From contig OY782041.1 of the NCBI GenBank assembly GCA_963677595.1, positions 1,472,001 through 1,536,000 on the forward strand: a stretch of DNA of 64,000 nt, written 5' to 3'. The notes under the pieces are model-generated. The model did not search any database, was not told where the DNA came from, and saw only the letters and a list, made by a program, of their open reading frames with translations. Source of the stretch: Spirochaetia bacterium. Lineage in GTDB: Bacteria; Spirochaetota; Spirochaetia; CAKZLE01. This document shows positions 29,246 through 39,676 of this stretch, one piece after another; position 1 is the first letter of the stretch; every line of letters begins with the position of its first letter. The translations under genes were made by a program, and so were the position numbers.

Positions 29246-30682
29246 TCACAGTGTTTGGAGGTATTCCGTGGGGCTCAACCCTACCTGCTGCTTGAAGACT
29301 TTGGAGAAATGCTTGCTGCTGCTGTACCCGATGAGGGAGGCGATCTCCTTGACTGAGTACATCCGCAGGCTGAGCAGTTCCCTCGCCTTCTCGAGTCGCA
29401 GTGCCGTGATGTACTGGGTGAAGGTCTGCCCGAGCTCCCGGTGGAACTCATAGGAGAGATAGTTGGGAGTGACCGAGAGCTGGTCGGCAATCTGGGAGAG
29501 GCCGATCTCCTCCGAATACTGCTCATCGATCAGGACGAGCGCACGATTCACGATCCTGTTCCTGAGTATCGGGTCCCCGCTCTCTGCCGGTGAACTTCCC
29601 AGCTCTTCAAGCAGCTGAGAGAACCCGTCGACGGTATCGGGGAACTCCCTGCCGGTCAGGCTCGTCATGTGCTCCGCGATGAAGCTGCCGGACAGGATCT
29701 TCCCGAACCCGGGGGAGTCCTCCCGTACCAGGCTGAGCATCCTGGTGAGATCCGGCTCATCACTTCGCATGCAGTCCATGAGCCGCCTCATCATCTCGCT
29801 GCCGGTATGCATCCGGGCAAGGTAGGACTGTACTTCAGCATCGGTGAGGGTGGTGAAGGGGGGGAATCCCAGCAGGCCTGTCGGATGCCTGCTGAAGCTG
29901 ATCAGGTTCGCGATACAGACAGAGAGGGAGTCATATGACCCGGTCAGCTGGTACCGTATATAGGTGTCAGGCTCCAGTTCGACCAGGCTGCGGTATTTCT
30001 CGACATCCCGCTTGAGGTTCTCCTCGGTAGATGCCTGGTACATCAGGACCAGCGCCCCATCGTCCATCGCAGCGGTCGAGATGACGCAGTCGATGACCTC
30101 CGGACCGTCAGAGAGTTCGTGCAGCATGGTTACCAGCCTCCGGTGCCTGGCGAACTCCTGCTCGCTCCCGGGATGGCGTGGCGGCATGAGCAGTTCCCCG
30201 GAATAGTACCATCCCTGCTGCTCCTTATCCTCGGAGAGCGTATTGTAGAGGATCCCGGTGAGCCAGTGCTCGAGCCGTTCCCTCCTGGCAGCCTTCTCCT
30301 CCATGATGAGCCCTGAGGTCCTGGAGAGGGCCTCAAGGAGGTCATCCTTGGATGCAGGTTTCAGCAGGTAGTCGGATGCCCCGAGATTGACTGCCCTCTT
30401 AGCATAATCGAACTCGGCATAGCCGGTCAGGATGACCCATGAGGTGCCGGGACTGATCTGCCGCCCCAGCTCGATGGCATCGAGCCCGTCTACCTTCGGC
30501 ATCCGTATATCGACGAAGACGATATGGGGACGCACCGATTCCACCAGTTCGAGCAGCTCCTCGCCGTCAGAGGCCTGCTCTATGGAAGAGAACCGGTATT
30601 CGCTCTCCGCCTCGATCTCCCGCAGCATGTCTAGGATGCTGAAGCGGACGAGGTACTCGTCGTCAGCTATGATGCATCTCAT
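29246..30682 (-). CDS. YesN-like response regulator (REC + AraC HTH)
   Basis: ADDE, VDIRMP, LTGYAEFDYA, YLLKP; C-terminal AraC HTH. Confidence 0.92.
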   Translation of the reverse strand: MRCIIADDEYLVRFSILDMLREIEAESEYRFSSIEQASDGEELLELVESVRPHIVFVDIRMPKVDGLDAIELGRQISPGTSWVILTGYAEFDYAKRAVNLGASDYLLKPASKDDLLEALSRTSGLIMEEKAARRERLEHWLTGILYNTLSEDKEQQGWYYSGELLMPPRHPGSEQEFARHRRLVTMLHELSDGPEVIDCVISTAAMDDGALVLMYQASTEENLKRDVEKYRSLVELEPDTYIRYQLTGSYDSLSVCIANLISFSRHPTGLLGFPPFTTLTDAEVQSYLARMHTGSEMMRRLMDCMRSDEPDLTRMLSLVREDSPGFGKILSGSFIAEHMTSLTGREFPDTVDGFSQLLEELGSSPAESGDPILRNRIVNRALVLIDEQYSEEIGLSQIADQLSVTPNYLSYEFHRELGQTFTQYITALRLEKARELLSLRMYSVKEIASLIGYSSSKHFSKVFKQQVGLSPTEYLQTL

Positions 30683-32591
30683 GGAAGGTCATCCTTATCT
30701 CGGTCCCGCTCCCGGGACTACTCTTTATATTGAACGCCGAATTGGTGAAGGCGTACTTGAACCGCTTCCTGGCATTCCCTATCCCGATGTGCTCCCGCTC
30801 CTCGAGCGTGTCCATCGAGAAACCGACCCCGTTATCACGTACCACGATCGTGATCATCCTCTGGTCCTCTTCCATCGTGAGGAATCCCTCGACCTCCAGC
30901 TCCCCTGTCCGGTCCTGCAGGGGTTCGATCCCATGGAGGATCGCGTTCTCCGCCAGCGGCTGCAGCAGAAGCCGCGGGATCCGTATACCGGAGAGCTCCC
31001 CCTCGAGGCTGATCCGGTAATCCAGGCGTTCCCCGAACCGCAGCCGCTGGAGCTCACAGTAGTTCTCGATGAAGGAGAACTCCTCGGCAAGGGTCGTATC
31101 CCGCCTCGAGTCCTGCGTATAGCGGAGCATGTTCTTCAGGTGCATGATCGACTTCTCAAGCCCCGACTTGTCGCCGAGGCGGTTCAGCCCGATGAACCCG
31201 TTGAGAATGTTGTAGATGAAGTGGGGCTGGACCTGCGACTGGAGCGCCTGGTACTCAGCCTCCCCCTTGCTGATCAGGTCGAGGTACTTGATGTGGTTGT
31301 CCATCATGAGGGAGGCGAACTGGGCAAAGGTCGACAGTCGTACGATACCGAGGTCGGTGAAGGGTGCCGACGGTTTGTGGATGGCAACCGTCAGGGTCCC
31401 GACGGTCCTCTTGTCGATGAACAGCGGCTGGATCATCAGGGAAGCAAGGTCGGGGGAAAGCTCCCTCAGAGCCGATCCCGAAAGCAGCTCAGGCCTCCCT
31501 GATTCCAGCACAGCCTCCAGCAATGGGGCCAGCGGCTCAGCCGGCAGGTCGACCTCCACACCCCTGCTGCTGTTTAGCTTCAACTTCGTCCGGTCAAAGC
31601 TGTCCGGGTCCGTGCCGATGAAGTGGAGGAGCGCCAGGTCCCCCTGGGTACGGTCTATGACCGTATCCACGATGATATCCATCATCTCCCCGAGGTCTGT
31701 CTCGTTCGAGATGGAGGTACCCACCGACTGGGAGAGTCCGAGGATGGTGTCGACATTCCCCTTGAGATCGAGCGAGAGGGAGTTGAACTGGGTTGCGAGC
31801 TCCCCGAACTCATCCCCCTCGGGGATGAGCATCTTCGCGGAGAAGTCCCCTTTCGAGACTCGCTCGAAGGAGGTCCTCACCTTCCCGATCTTCCTGATGA
31901 TATCACGGGAGAAGATCATGGAGACCGTGATGCCCAGGGCCGTGATCAGGACCGTGAGGATCCCGTAGATCACGAAGAGCTGCCGCTCCAGCTGCTGCCC
32001 GTAGGCACTGTACTGCTCGATGAAGTAGTTCATGAAGCTCTCGAAACTGTCAACGAAGTAATAGGTGGTATCGCGGAACTCCTCGAAGAAGGGGATGAAA
32101 GCCTCATCATTGAAGATGTAGTCGAACCTCCCCTCGTCCACATAGTTGAGCGTCTCGACGAGCTTGTTGATCGATATATTCAGGTCATCGAGGCGCTCCA
32201 TCGCCCGGTTGTGCATGGTCCGGGCAGTCTCATACTGGTCGAGCAGTTCCTGGTTCGCGAGGGTGAGCTCCTTGCTCGTCTCCATGAACTCATTGAAGGA
32301 GTCCTGGTAGAGGGTGATGGAGTTCCGCCACTCCTTCACGGTGACTGTGGTACGGGGTGAGTAGGTGTAGGACTTGAGCTGGCCGTAGATCTTCGGGACG
32401 AAGATATCGAAGACCATGTCCTTCATGAGGCTGTGGACCTCACGGGAACGCACCTGCATCTCGATCCCCTTCTGCACGGAATTGTTGATGGCATTGACCC
32501 TGCCGATCGTGAACAGCCCGAGCCCCGTGAACAGGAGGGCCCCGATGATGAAGATGGCTGCCAGTGATATGAGTTTTGTCCGGATTCTCAT
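30663..32591 (-). CDS. YesM/LytS-like sensor histidine kinase with HAMP and a GAF-like domain
   Basis: Two TM helices, HAMP (GDF..DEFGELATQFN), QVQPHFIYN H-box, LQPLAENAILHG, DNGVG. Confidence 0.9.
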   Translation of the reverse strand: MRIRTKLISLAAIFIIGALLFTGLGLFTIGRVNAINNSVQKGIEMQVRSREVHSLMKDMVFDIFVPKIYGQLKSYTYSPRTTVTVKEWRNSITLYQDSFNEFMETSKELTLANQELLDQYETARTMHNRAMERLDDLNISINKLVETLNYVDEGRFDYIFNDEAFIPFFEEFRDTTYYFVDSFESFMNYFIEQYSAYGQQLERQLFVIYGILTVLITALGITVSMIFSRDIIRKIGKVRTSFERVSKGDFSAKMLIPEGDEFGELATQFNSLSLDLKGNVDTILGLSQSVGTSISNETDLGEMMDIIVDTVIDRTQGDLALLHFIGTDPDSFDRTKLKLNSSRGVEVDLPAEPLAPLLEAVLESGRPELLSGSALRELSPDLASLMIQPLFIDKRTVGTLTVAIHKPSAPFTDLGIVRLSTFAQFASLMMDNHIKYLDLISKGEAEYQALQSQVQPHFIYNILNGFIGLNRLGDKSGLEKSIMHLKNMLRYTQDSRRDTTLAEEFSFIENYCELQRLRFGERLDYRISLEGELSGIRIPRLLLQPLAENAILHGIEPLQDRTGELEVEGFLTMEEDQRMITIVVRDNGVGFSMDTLEEREHIGIGNARKRFKYAFTNSAFNIKSSPGSGTEIRMTFHEMHHS

Positions 32592-32658
32592 AGGGCAATC
32601 CTACCACATAAACGGGATGTGGGCAAAAGGAGAATCGGGTTCTGCAGGCTGGTTTGTA

Positions 32659-33744
32659 TCAGCCGATCGTCCTGATCTCCTCACGATAGAGCGATATCCT
32701 GTTCCTGCCGGCCTGCTTCGAGGCATAGAGGGCGGTGTCTGCATGGTAGACCATGGTATCGAGCGTGGTGTAGGCATCGGGGACCATCGCACAGATCCCG
32801 GCACTCAAGGTGATGGGCTCCCGGATACCCGGGTGGGTCACACCCTCCCAGGTTTCCCGCATCCGCCCCATGACCTCCTCGGCAGCCTTCGCACCGGTGT
32901 CGTTGAAGAGGAAGATGAACTCATCCCCGCCGATGCGGGAGATCAGGTCGGTCACCCGCATCTCGGCACTGCAGCAGGAAGCGAACCGCTGGAGCACCTC
33001 ATCGCCGACCTGGTGGCCGTAGGTATCATTGATCGTCTTGAAGTGGTCAATATCGAGCATGACGACGGCAAGCTCCTGCTGTTTCCGTGAAGCAGCCTCG
33101 AAGAGCATCCTCCCCTCTATATCGAACCGGTACCGGTTCCCGATGTGTGTCAGGGGATCCTCCATGGCCATATGGAAGAGGTTCTCATGGATCTGGGCAT
33201 TCTCGAGGGCGATGGCCAGGGGGCTGGAGATCAGCTCGGCAAGCTTCAGGTGGTGGTCGTTGAAGCCGTTCTTCCGGAAACTGTCCAGGGCGATCAGCCC
33301 GATCTTCTCGTTGTAGTGGATCAGGGGTATCCCCATCCAGGAGAGGATCCTCTTCTCCCCCGGGGGCTGTACGAAGCTGGGGAACTTCTTCTCGACATCC
33401 TTCGAGAGTACCGGCAGGCCTGAGTTCAGGGCATAGGTACTCAGGCTCCCCTCGAAGGGGTACGGGAACCTCAGTTTCTTCACCTCGCTCTCATTCTGGT
33501 AGCCGCTGCCGCCGATGACCTGGAGCTCATTGCCCTTGAGCAACTGCAGGGAGGCCATATCATAGGGGATGACCTTCCGTGCCCCCTCGAGGATCAGCTT
33601 CACGGCACTCTCGAGGTTGTGTGCCCTCCCGATGATGGCAGAGAGCTCCCCGAGTATCTCGATCTCCTGCTTCAGGTTCTGCTCCGAGATCTCGACCTGC
33701 TTGAGACGCGCCTCCAGTTCTGTGATTCTCTGTCTTAGATCCAT
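32659..33744 (-). CDS. GAF-GGDEF diguanylate cyclase
   Basis: GAF domain, DPLT, DIDHFKTIND.YGH..GD, GGDEF. Confidence 0.92.
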   Translation of the reverse strand: MDLRQRITELEARLKQVEISEQNLKQEIEILGELSAIIGRAHNLESAVKLILEGARKVIPYDMASLQLLKGNELQVIGGSGYQNESEVKKLRFPYPFEGSLSTYALNSGLPVLSKDVEKKFPSFVQPPGEKRILSWMGIPLIHYNEKIGLIALDSFRKNGFNDHHLKLAELISSPLAIALENAQIHENLFHMAMEDPLTHIGNRYRFDIEGRMLFEAASRKQQELAVVMLDIDHFKTINDTYGHQVGDEVLQRFASCCSAEMRVTDLISRIGGDEFIFLFNDTGAKAAEEVMGRMRETWEGVTHPGIREPITLSAGICAMVPDAYTTLDTMVYHADTALYASKQAGRNRISLYREEIRTIG

Positions 33745-33842
33745 CTGCCGCTCTTACCCATCTCCTGCCGCTCCCATACCGGGGAGCCGATTCTATACAT
33801 ACTATAGCATGGAAGGCCTTGATTTTGAACTCTTACTTTGTA

Positions 33843-34163
33843 CTAATTACAATTCGAAGCCTGAAGCGCGGTACGAACCGCATCATCTCCGGGGTAGCCG
33901 GTATGAAAGACCACTTCCCCATCGATCGCGAGAGCCGGCGTGTACCTGTGCTCCCCATCCTCGCGGGGCAGCCTCGTACAGCCCGGGCAGTAGCCGTAGA
34001 GGCAGCCGATCTCCACCCCGAAGCGTTCTGCCTCTTCATCACTCTCAGTCTTGGAGATCGTGTAATCGATCCCCAGGGAGTCAGCTATCTCCCTGACGAA
34101 CTCAAGGTAACTGTCACTGACTGCACAATGGGACCCGATGATGACGATCGATAGCTTCTGCAT
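33843..34163 (-). CDS. Small thioredoxin-fold protein (MTH895-like) with a Cys-rich insertion
   Basis: N-terminal strand and CxxS; FGV...TPALAIDGEVVF..G..P cis-Pro motif. Confidence 0.7.
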   Translation of the reverse strand: MQKLSIVIIGSHCAVSDSYLEFVREIADSLGIDYTISKTESDEEAERFGVEIGCLYGYCPGCTRLPREDGEHRYTPALAIDGEVVFHTGYPGDDAVRTALQASNCN

Positions 34164-34205
34164 AGTGAGATCATAGCATAAACAGCCCGGTTCGTGTACC
34201 AGGGA

Positions 34206-34967
34206 TCACAGCCCGACCGGGTACGGCCTCCGGGAACTCCTGAAATCCCCGTCCTCCTCCACTTCAAGCCTGACGACATAGTCCCGGCATTCGGGATTGA
34301 TGAGGGTATAGACACCTTCGGGGAGCTTCAGGTAGGCAGTGCGCCCAAGGGCGGAAGCTGTCGCTACCGGCACGCCCCGGCAGTCCGCGATCCAGTGCCC
34401 CGGGATGATGTCGGGGACACGTACCGGGAACACCTCTTTCAGCGCGACCTCATCGGGGACCCCTCCCCCGAAGAGCAGCTGGAAATAGAGTTCCCCCCAG
34501 TCCGCGGCCCAGGGCCTCCCATCCGTGGATTCCCAGACGGTATCGACTAAATCCGGGTAGTCGATACTCCCGAGCAGGTCAGCGAACTCGGTATGGTACC
34601 GCAGCAGGGAATCAGCGACATCACCGGCCTTGCTGGTGAACGAACAGCACTCCCCCTCCTCATCAGGGTCGATGCAGACCCCCAGCGGTGCATAGCTTCC
34701 CAGGGGGTAGGCTGCGGCGATACAGGGAAGGCCTTTCGGGATCTCGAGCGTGCAGCCGTCAGCATCCTCGGGGAGATAGACGGTCTTCACCCCGTACTCA
34801 TCGAGATAGCGGACCGTATACCAGACGGGAGACTTGAGGGCATGCTCCCAGGGCGAGCGCTCAGCGAACCGCACATCGATGCGATAGGTATCATATTCGA
34901 ATATGCAGGCTGCTGCCGAAACCAGGACCAGGATGGTGATTATTAAGAGAATCAGTTGTGTCTTCAT
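34206..34967 (-). CDS. Hypothetical protein, probable lipoprotein
   Basis: Hydrophobic N-terminus ending AAAC; host-like codon usage. Confidence 0.65.
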   Translation of the reverse strand: MKTQLILLIITILVLVSAAACIFEYDTYRIDVRFAERSPWEHALKSPVWYTVRYLDEYGVKTVYLPEDADGCTLEIPKGLPCIAAAYPLGSYAPLGVCIDPDEEGECCSFTSKAGDVADSLLRYHTEFADLLGSIDYPDLVDTVWESTDGRPWAADWGELYFQLLFGGGVPDEVALKEVFPVRVPDIIPGHWIADCRGVPVATASALGRTAYLKLPEGVYTLINPECRDYVVRLEVEEDGDFRSSRRPYPVGL

Positions 34968-34995
34968 ACCTCTTATAAACAGGTATGGGGAAGGA

Positions 34996-35532
34996 TCACT
35001 TCACTGTTTCACTGCGAATCTGCCAAAGATATGAATTTCGTATCTCCTTCAGGAGATCTCGGTAAGCTTCTGTCCTGAAATCGGTATAGGTCCAGGGGAG
35101 GACCTGGTATCCTCCATGCATATAGATGAGCGTCACCTCACCGTAGACCCCCTGCTGGAGGGGTATCCTGTGGCCTCGGTCCTTCGTGGTCGCGAGGATG
35201 AACCGGTCGCGGGAGAGGATGCCGGGATCGAGGTTGATCTTCCGCTTCCCCTCCTCTGAGAACCGCTGCTCGATCCTGTCAGTCTGGTGTTTGATAGACG
35301 CGAGGCCTTCCGGTGATACGAGGTCCCGGGCAACATAGAAATAGCGCTGGATGCCGGGACCCATCTCCTTCTCGTAATAATCGGTGAACGTGAAGGGGCC
35401 CGGCCCGTATACCTGTTCTATCGGGCCGAAGGCATCGGTGAGGATCTCCTCAAGCTCCCCATGCCGCCCGGGGCGGGTGGAGAGTACCCCGATGACGAGC
35501 TTCTCCTTCGTGAACTTCCCGATCGAACCCAT
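34996..35532 (-). CDS. DUF4416 family protein
   Basis: FTDYYEKEMG, RKINLDPG, LATTK...HRIPL, PWTY.DF. Confidence 0.85.
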   Translation of the reverse strand: MGSIGKFTKEKLVIGVLSTRPGRHGELEEILTDAFGPIEQVYGPGPFTFTDYYEKEMGPGIQRYFYVARDLVSPEGLASIKHQTDRIEQRFSEEGKRKINLDPGILSRDRFILATTKDRGHRIPLQQGVYGEVTLIYMHGGYQVLPWTYTDFRTEAYRDLLKEIRNSYLWQIRSETVK

Positions 35533-35538
35533 CGCCTG

Positions 35539-37458
35539 TTATCTCCCGGAACTGAATGTCCCCAGGACCCTAACGCTGTCGCAGTGTTCGTTCAGCTCCT
35601 TGACGGCGACCCTGAACTCGTCAGGGTCGGAGATCTCGGTCTCGACGAAGAACATGTACTCCCACGGCTTGCCGAGGATCGGGCGGGACTCGAGCTTGTT
35701 CATGTTGAGCCCATGGGCAGAGAGTACCTGCAGGGCTGCGAAGAGGGCCCCTGGCTTGTCTGGCGTGGAGAAGATGAGGACACCGCGGTTCGGTTCCTTC
35801 AGCGGGGACATCTCCTTCGCGTACTCCTCGCGCGTGATGATATAGAAGCGGGTATAGTTCCTCGGGTTGGTCTCGATACCCTCCTTGAGGATCTCCATCT
35901 GGTAGAACTCAGCAGCCTGGGCCCCGGCTATCGCCGCGCAGGTCGGGTCGTTCATCTCCTTGACATAGGCAACCGCACCGGCCGTGTCGAAGAAGGGGAT
36001 CGGTTCCATCTCCGGGTAGGACTCGAGGAACTCGGCACACTGGGCGAGCCCCTGCGGATGGGAATAGACCTTCCTGATCGATGAGAGGTCGGAGCCGGGA
36101 AGGGCTATCAGGTTATGGACGATCCTGATCTGCTGCTCTCCGACCACCTCGATGTCGGGGTGGCTGAGCAGGAGGTCGAAATTGTCATTGATGGTGCCTG
36201 CCAGGGAGTTCTCCATCGGGATCACCCCGAAGGCAGTCTCCCCGTGCATGACCGAGGAGAAGACATCCTTGAAGGCGTGGTATGGGACTGCCGTGATATC
36301 CTGGTTGAAGAACCTGGCGGCTGCCAGTTCACTGTAGGCCCCGTGCACACCCTGGAAGGCAGCCTGGAGCCTGCCGTCTGACCCGGTCTTCGTCTCGTCC
36401 TTCAGGGTCTGGAGGACGATCTGGTTCTTTCCCTGTACGGGGACCGTCTCGATCGACTTCCCGATGACCGGTACGAGCGCCTCTATGTCACGCATGAGCT
36501 TCTCGAACTGCTCCGGGTAGAGGGATTGCGGGCCGTCGGAGAGCGCCTTGTCAGGCTCGGTATGGACCTCGACGGTGATCCCGTCCGCCCCGGCCGCGAC
36601 AGCGGCGAGTGCCATCGGGATGACCTTGCCCCGCAGACCGGTCCCGTGGCTCGGGTCCACGATCACCGGCAGGTGGCTGAGCTTCTTCACGACCGGGATG
36701 GCACTGAGGTCGAGCGTGTTCCTGGTATAGGTCTCGAAGGTCCTGATCCCCCGTTCACAGAGGACGACGTCATCGGTCCCGTGGGCCATCAGGTACTCGG
36801 CAGCCATCAGCCACTCCTCGATGGTGGCGGCCATGCCGCGCTTGAGGAGGACCGGCCGGCCGGTCTTCCCGACAGCCTTCAGCAGCTCGAAGTTCTGCAT
36901 GTTCCTCGCACCGATCTGGTACATATCGACATAGTCGAGCATCATATCCACATGTTCGTGGCTGACGATCTCGCTCACCACGGGGAGGCCGACACTCTCG
37001 CCCGCCTCCTTGAGGTACTGCAAGCCCTTCTCGCCGAGCCCCTGGAAGGAATAGGGAGAGGTCCGCGGCTTGAATGCCCCGCCCCGGAGCATGACAGCCC
37101 CGGCTTTCGCCACCTCAGCCCCGATCTCGAGGATACGCTCCCGCGACTCGATCGCGCAGGGGCCGGCTATCGTCATGACCCGGTTGCCGCCGATCTTGAT
37201 GTTCCCGGCCCTGACGATCGTATCCTCTTTCTTCAACTCCCGTGAGGCCAGCTTATAGGGCCTGGAGATGGGGATGACAGAATTGACCCCGTCGAGTACC
37301 TCGACGGTACGGAGGTCGATCCTCGACTTCCCAACAGCGCCGAATACGATATCTTCCTCACCGATGATCTCCCTGACCTGGAACCCGCGGTCCTCGAGGA
37401 ATATCCTAATATCTGATTTCTTCTTCTCAGTGATGTTCTTCTGTAATACGACAATCAT
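35539..37458 (-). CDS. aroF: Fused type I-beta DAHP synthase / prephenate dehydratase (AroF-PheA)
   Basis: [31 protein letters not shown], then PDT motifs [22 protein letters not shown] and ACT ESRP. Confidence 0.93.
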   Translation of the reverse strand: MIVVLQKNITEKKKSDIRIFLEDRGFQVREIIGEEDIVFGAVGKSRIDLRTVEVLDGVNSVIPISRPYKLASRELKKEDTIVRAGNIKIGGNRVMTIAGPCAIESRERILEIGAEVAKAGAVMLRGGAFKPRTSPYSFQGLGEKGLQYLKEAGESVGLPVVSEIVSHEHVDMMLDYVDMYQIGARNMQNFELLKAVGKTGRPVLLKRGMAATIEEWLMAAEYLMAHGTDDVVLCERGIRTFETYTRNTLDLSAIPVVKKLSHLPVIVDPSHGTGLRGKVIPMALAAVAAGADGITVEVHTEPDKALSDGPQSLYPEQFEKLMRDIEALVPVIGKSIETVPVQGKNQIVLQTLKDETKTGSDGRLQAAFQGVHGAYSELAAARFFNQDITAVPYHAFKDVFSSVMHGETAFGVIPMENSLAGTINDNFDLLLSHPDIEVVGEQQIRIVHNLIALPGSDLSSIRKVYSHPQGLAQCAEFLESYPEMEPIPFFDTAGAVAYVKEMNDPTCAAIAGAQAAEFYQMEILKEGIETNPRNYTRFYIITREEYAKEMSPLKEPNRGVLIFSTPDKPGALFAALQVLSAHGLNMNKLESRPILGKPWEYMFFVETEISDPDEFRVAVKELNEHCDSVRVLGTFSSGR

Positions 37459-37591
37459 CCCGGCACCTCTAGCGTAAGTTTTATTGCACTCCCAAATTAT
37501 GCATGATGATAGCATATTTATTCATTGACCATCAATCGGAGCGACGGGAGGAAACCTTCCAATTCCCGGTAAAACCCGCTATATTCAAACC

Positions 37592-38257
37592 ATGGATGAT
37601 GAACGATACTGGGACTCGATCTTCGAGCAGATGAAAGCAGCCCTCGAAGCTGCAGGGGGAGGACTGCCCTCGGTCTCACAGATCGCCGAGGAGAGCAGAG
37701 AGCCCTATCACGTCCTCATCTCCACGGTCATCTCGCTGCGCACCAAGGATGAGGTGACCCTCGCGGCCTCGAGGAGGCTCTTCGCACTGGCAGCGACGCC
37801 GCAGCAGATGCTCACCCTCTCTCCCGGGGAGATCGAGCAGGCGATCTACCCTGCCGGGTTCTACCGGACGAAGGCAAAGAACATCCTCGAGATCTCCCGT
37901 ATCCTCATCGAGTCATATGGAGGCCGGGTCCCTGACAGCCGGGATGACCTCCTAGCCCTTCCCGGGGTCGGCATCAAGACGGCAAACCTCACGCTCAACC
38001 TCGGCTTCGGCATCGATGCGGTCTGCGTGGACACCCACGTCCACCGGATCTCGAACCGGATGGGATGGATCTCCACGAAGAGTCCGGAGGAGTCGGAGCA
38101 GGTCCTCCAGGACGTCCTCCCGCGGAGGTTCTGGATCCCGCTGAACGAACTGCTCGTGACCTATGGGCAGAGGATCTGCACCCCTGCCTCACCCTGGTGC
38201 TCACGCTGCGGGGTCTATAGCCAGTGCAGGAGATCTGGTGTCACGAGACACCGCTAG
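37592..38257 (+). CDS. nth: Endonuclease III
   Basis: HhH motif LPGVGIKTAN, VDTHVHR, and a Cx6Cx2Cx5C Fe-S motif. Confidence 0.93.
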   Translation: MDDERYWDSIFEQMKAALEAAGGGLPSVSQIAEESREPYHVLISTVISLRTKDEVTLAASRRLFALAATPQQMLTLSPGEIEQAIYPAGFYRTKAKNILEISRILIESYGGRVPDSRDDLLALPGVGIKTANLTLNLGFGIDAVCVDTHVHRISNRMGWISTKSPEESEQVLQDVLPRRFWIPLNELLVTYGQRICTPASPWCSRCGVYSQCRRSGVTRHR

Positions 38258-38266
38258 GAGGATGGT

Positions 38267-38734
38267 ATGATCATAGTCAGTGCCTGCCTTGCAGGCAGGA
38301 GATGCCGGTATGACGGGAATGATTTCCCGCATAACTTCACGGAACTCATGAAGCGTCTTGTCGATCTCGGGACTGCGGTGGCAGTCTGCCCTGAAGAGGC
38401 GGGAGGGCTCCCCACACCGAGGACCCCTGCCGAGCTGATCGATGGACGGGTGGTCGATAAGGAGGGCCGGGACCTCACCGATGCATACCTCGCAGGCTGC
38501 AGGAAGATCCTCTCATCGCTCGAGGGACAGGAGTTGGACTTTGCCTTCCTCAAGTCGCGTTCGCCCTCCTGCGGCCTGCACTCAGTCTATGACGGGACCT
38601 TCTCCGGCAGGCTCATCCCCGGTTCCGGGGTCTTCGCTTCTGCCCTCCAGAAGGCCTTCCCACAGCTTCCCTGTTTCGATGAGACGGGGACCATCCCGCT
38701 ACCCGGGCTGTTTCCCCCTGCGGATCGAAACTGA
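38267..38734 (+). CDS. DUF523 family protein (thiouracil desulfidase TudS-like)
   Basis: VSACLAG..CRYDG, VCPE..GGLPTPR, LKSRSPSCG. Confidence 0.9.
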   Translation: MIIVSACLAGRRCRYDGNDFPHNFTELMKRLVDLGTAVAVCPEEAGGLPTPRTPAELIDGRVVDKEGRDLTDAYLAGCRKILSSLEGQELDFAFLKSRSPSCGLHSVYDGTFSGRLIPGSGVFASALQKAFPQLPCFDETGTIPLPGLFPPADRN

Positions 38735-39625
38735 GCCGTGCTGGGAGAGCAGGACCCCGAGGATGACCACGACCATACCTGCAGCCTTCAGCAGGGTGAA
38801 GCGCTCCCCGAAGAAGAGCAGCGAGACCACCGCCGTGACTGCGGGAACGAGGTTCACGAACCCGTTGGCCTTTGACGGCCCGACAGCCTTGATCCCGTAG
38901 TTCAAGAAGATGAAGGCAAGCGAGGAGGCGAACACGGCAAGGAACACGATGCTGATGATCGCCCCCCAGCCGTACTCCCCGCTGATGACCCGAGCAAAGT
39001 GTGCCCCATCGTACTCGAAGGTGAAGAAGAGCGGCAGGAACATCAGGAGGCCGAAGAGGTTCTGTACCGCCGTGATCGTGACGGGGGAGTACCCGGTAGG
39101 GAGGCCCCTGACTAAGAGCGTGTAGAAGATCGCGGCAAAGACTGCCCCGAAGATCAGCAGTACCCCGAGTACACTCATATCGCCGCCGACAGAGAAGTCA
39201 TTGAGGACGAGCATGACCACCCCGAGAAACGAGATGACCAGCCCGAGATAGTTGTTCCGTGTGATCCGTTCACCGAGAAAGAGCCGGGAGAAGACCGGCG
39301 TGATCACCGGCATGGTCGCGATGAGGATCGATGCGACGGATGCCGAGACCTGCCTGAGCCCGAAGGTCTCGCAGAGGAAATACCCGAGCGGCTGCATGAG
39401 CGCGATCCCGAGGAAGAGCGGCAGGTCCGCCTTCCTGGGGATGCCGGCCTTCCCGAACCGTACCCCGTTGAGTACCAGGAGGAAGATCGAGGAGATCACC
39501 AGCCGTGAGGTCACGATGGTGATCGGACCGAGCACCTTCAGGGCCTCCTTGGTTGCCGGGAACGAGATCCCGTAGAAGGTCATGGCAAGGATCATATATA
39601 TGTAGGCTTTACGGTCTCCAGACAT
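38699..39625 (-). CDS. DMT/EamA family transporter
   Basis: About 10 TM helices in two EamA repeats, each ending in a GER motif; SD-supported start at 39625. Confidence 0.9.
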   Translation of the reverse strand: MSGDRKAYIYMILAMTFYGISFPATKEALKVLGPITIVTSRLVISSIFLLVLNGVRFGKAGIPRKADLPLFLGIALMQPLGYFLCETFGLRQVSASVASILIATMPVITPVFSRLFLGERITRNNYLGLVISFLGVVMLVLNDFSVGGDMSVLGVLLIFGAVFAAIFYTLLVRGLPTGYSPVTITAVQNLFGLLMFLPLFFTFEYDGAHFARVISGEYGWGAIISIVFLAVFASSLAFIFLNYGIKAVGPSKANGFVNLVPAVTAVVSLLFFGERFTLLKAAGMVVVILGVLLSQHGSVSIRRGKQPG

Positions 39626-39676
39626 GGGCAGCCCTCCATCCGGCACTATCATGCCACAGCAGAGGGATCTTGCCAA

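Noticed and set aside
33745-33800. Tiny ORFs and a duplicated GAGCGGCAG upstream of the GGDEF gene
   Set aside because: ORFs of 7-8 codons and a 9-bp repeat are within chance expectation
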